Source: Patescibacteria group bacterium
GTDB taxonomy: Bacteria; Patescibacteriota; Microgenomatia; CAYGWK01
DNA: 5,965 nt
Direction: 5' to 3'
NCBI GenBank assembly: GCA_049322615.1
Contig: JBMORX010000004.1
Coordinates: 26,036 to 32,000, forward strand
In this document: piece after piece, positions 5,254 to 5,965 of the stretch
Layout of the letters: every line of letters begins with the position of its first letter
Position numbering within the stretch: the stretch's first letter is position 1
Position numbers and translations under genes: made by a program
Notes under the pieces: model-generated
The model's input: only the letters and a program-made list of their open reading frames with translations
Databases searched by the model: none
What the model was told of the DNA's origin: nothing

Positions 5254-5965
5254 ATGTTGAGCACAATTATTATAGTTAAAAACGAAAAAGAAGTAATTCA
5301 GGATTGTTTGGAATCAGTTAAGTGGACCGATGAAATAGTGGTTTTGGATGGCGGCTCAACCGATGGAACATTGGAGATTATAAAAAAATACCCAGTAAAG
5401 CTTGTAAGACAAAAAGCTACAGGCATGAGTTACGGCTCTTGGCGTAATCAGGGTAGAGATGAGACAGGGGGAGATTGGATTTTATACGTTGATGCTGACG
5501 AGCGCATTCCTCCGCTTCTGAAAGAAGAAATATTACAGGTAACACGAAACACGAGACACGAGAAACGTGATAAAAAATACACAGCCTTTGCCATTCCTAG
5601 AAGAAATTTTTTGCTAGGAAAAGAATTAAAGCATGGGGGTTGGTATCCTGATTATGTAAAGCGGTTATTCTTGAAAAAGAATTTAGAAAAATGGGTAGGG
5701 AGACTTCACGAGGAGCCAATTTTTAAAGGCGAGATGGGTAAACTTGAAAATCCGATGATTCATTGGCAGCCGGAAACAATCGAACCAGCTCTTCAAAAAT
5801 CAATAATTTGGTCAGATATAGAAGCCAGACTTTTATTTGAAGCAAATCATCCGAAAATTGCCTGGTGGCGAGTGTTGAGAATGGGGATAACCACTCTCTT
5901 TGATAGACTGGTCGAGAAGCAGGGATTTCGGGATGGGACAGAAGGATGGATTGAATCATTTTATC
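5254..5965 (+). CDS. Family 2 glycosyltransferase, WaaE/KdtX-like paralog of 3365-4240; 3' end lies beyond the window
   Basis: Not in the supplied ORF track because no stop falls inside the window. My translation from the ATG at 5254 stays open to 5965: MLSTIIIVKNEKEVIQDCLESVKWTDEIVVLDGGSTDGTLEII...GDWILYVDADERIP...HGGWYPDYVKRLF...GFRDGTEGWIESFY. It is collinear with the 3365-4240 protein. Confidence 0.88.
   Translation, partial: MLSTIIIVKNEKEVIQDCLESVKWTDEIVVLDGGSTDGTLEIIKKYPVKLVRQKATGMSYGSWRNQGRDETGGDWILYVDADERIPPLLKEEILQVTRNTRHEKRDKKYTAFAIPRRNFLLGKELKHGGWYPDYVKRLFLKKNLEKWVGRLHEEPIFKGEMGKLENPMIHWQPETIEPALQKSIIWSDIEARLLFEANHPKIAWWRVLRMGITTLFDRLVEKQGFRDGTEGWIESFY
5542..5569 (+). repeat. Heptanucleotide tandem repeat acacgaa/acacgag/acacgag plus a degenerate fourth unit aaacgtg, inside the last GT2 gene
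   Basis: Read directly from the sequence. The three good units (5542-5562) span 21 nt, exactly 7 codons (TRNTRHE), and begin on a codon boundary. Confidence 0.75.

Noticed and set aside
3683-5959. ORFs 3683-3865(-), 4683-4880(-), 4910-5092(+) and 5723-5959(-)
   Set aside because: They are embedded in, or out of frame with, the GT2 genes, whose conserved motifs fix the real frame. The 5723-5959 ORF lies antisense to the untracked but clearly coding ORF at 5254-5965.
272-5965. Search for a defence, toxin-antitoxin, mobile-element or secondary-metabolite system in the gene content
   Set aside because: All four products are explained by glycosyltransferase or membrane-glycan motifs. I found no nuclease, ATPase, reverse transcriptase, recombinase or transposase signatures on either strand.

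Overview
Low-GC (about 35-40% by eye) bacterial sequence with weak or absent Shine-Dalgarno motifs. I cannot assign a taxon, though the style fits a Patescibacteria/CPR-like or similar small AT-rich genome. The window has two parts. (1) Positions 1-271 are a perfect tandem direct repeat with a 144-bp period. It is cut off by the window start, is rich in palindromes, has higher GC than its surroundings (65/144 = 45% by my count) and ends 1 nt before the first large gene. (2) Positions 272-5965 are a tightly packed same-strand operon of four envelope-glycan genes: a 1026-aa signal-anchored fusion protein (extracytoplasmic domain, about 13-14 TM GT-C-like core, C-terminal soluble domain), a WaaE/KdtX-like GT2 glycosyltransferase, a WbbL/rhamnosyltransferase-like GT2 glycosyltransferase whose start overlaps the previous stop (ATGA), and a second WaaE/KdtX-like GT2 paralog that runs off the window end and is missing from the ORF track. 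I see no defence system, transposase, integrase, CRISPR array, tRNA or rRNA. The items worth a second look are small-scale: the structured tandem repeat upstream of the operon, two GC-rich palindromic in-frame insertions in the middle GT2 gene (one flanked by 13-nt direct repeats), and a heptanucleotide triplet that forms a 7-codon insertion in the last gene. The gene content itself looks like an ordinary cell-envelope glycosylation locus.
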